Shown: in pieces, positions 63,681 to 64,000 of the stretch
How positions within the stretch are numbered: the stretch's first letter is position 1
Layout of the letters: each line of letters starts with the position of its first letter
NCBI RefSeq assembly: GCF_001194135.2
Contig: NC_068996.1
Location: 51,335,442-51,399,441, forward strand
Reading direction: 5' to 3'
Length of the DNA: 64,000 nucleotides
Origin: Octopus bimaculoides
Lineage: Eukaryota
Position numbers and translations under genes: made by a program
The notes under the pieces: model-generated
Told to the model about the DNA's origin: nothing
The model's database searches: none
What the model saw: the letters and a program-made list of their open reading frames with translations, nothing else

Positions 63681-64000
63681 TTTATACTTTTTTTTTCATT
63701 TCAGTTATGTCATAGTTGTGAACAACAGCTTCAATTATTAGAGATTTCCGACAGGACATCCATTGCTTCACACCATTTCTGCGAGAGACAGCAACAAGAA
63801 AATGTCTGCTCCTCAAAGAGCATCAGACCTTTTTATATATTTTTTCTCTCATTGATGTCCACATCTTTCATTTATATTTGATGACTGATATAAACATATG
63901 CATACATTACATACAAACACATACACATGCACATACGCATTCACACACATATAACCATACATAAATTTTAATATATAAATTCGATTAGAGATTGTGCAAA

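Overview
AT-rich, microsatellite-dense animal DNA with many N gaps. The repeat repertoire (tRNA-headed CORE-like SINEs, RTE LINEs with GAT tails, TA/TG/TACA tracts) suggests an octopus-like coleoid cephalopod draft assembly; this is inference. The only host gene I can support is a 4-exon Fos-family bZIP gene on the + strand (CDS 3858-4028, 5263-5634, 17041-17181, 18899-19408; 397 aa by my exon join). Its TATA promoter is packed with CRE-, CArG-, MEF2- and AP-1-type sites, and its putative 3' UTR is AU-rich. Everything else recognisable is transposon-derived: a hAT relic, a mariner relic, RTE and L1/Tx1 LINE fragments, a Penelope-like RT/GIY-YIG relic, several SINE families, MITEs and simple repeats. 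The most unusual signal is a set of short non-autonomous elements with minimal hammerhead-ribozyme folds. One is a tRNA-promoter-headed, head-to-head inverted dimer with an 11-bp TSD (29958-30555). A second family of six copies has variant cores and always abuts TA-rich microsatellite. No database searches or folding programs were run, so family names and novelty are provisional.
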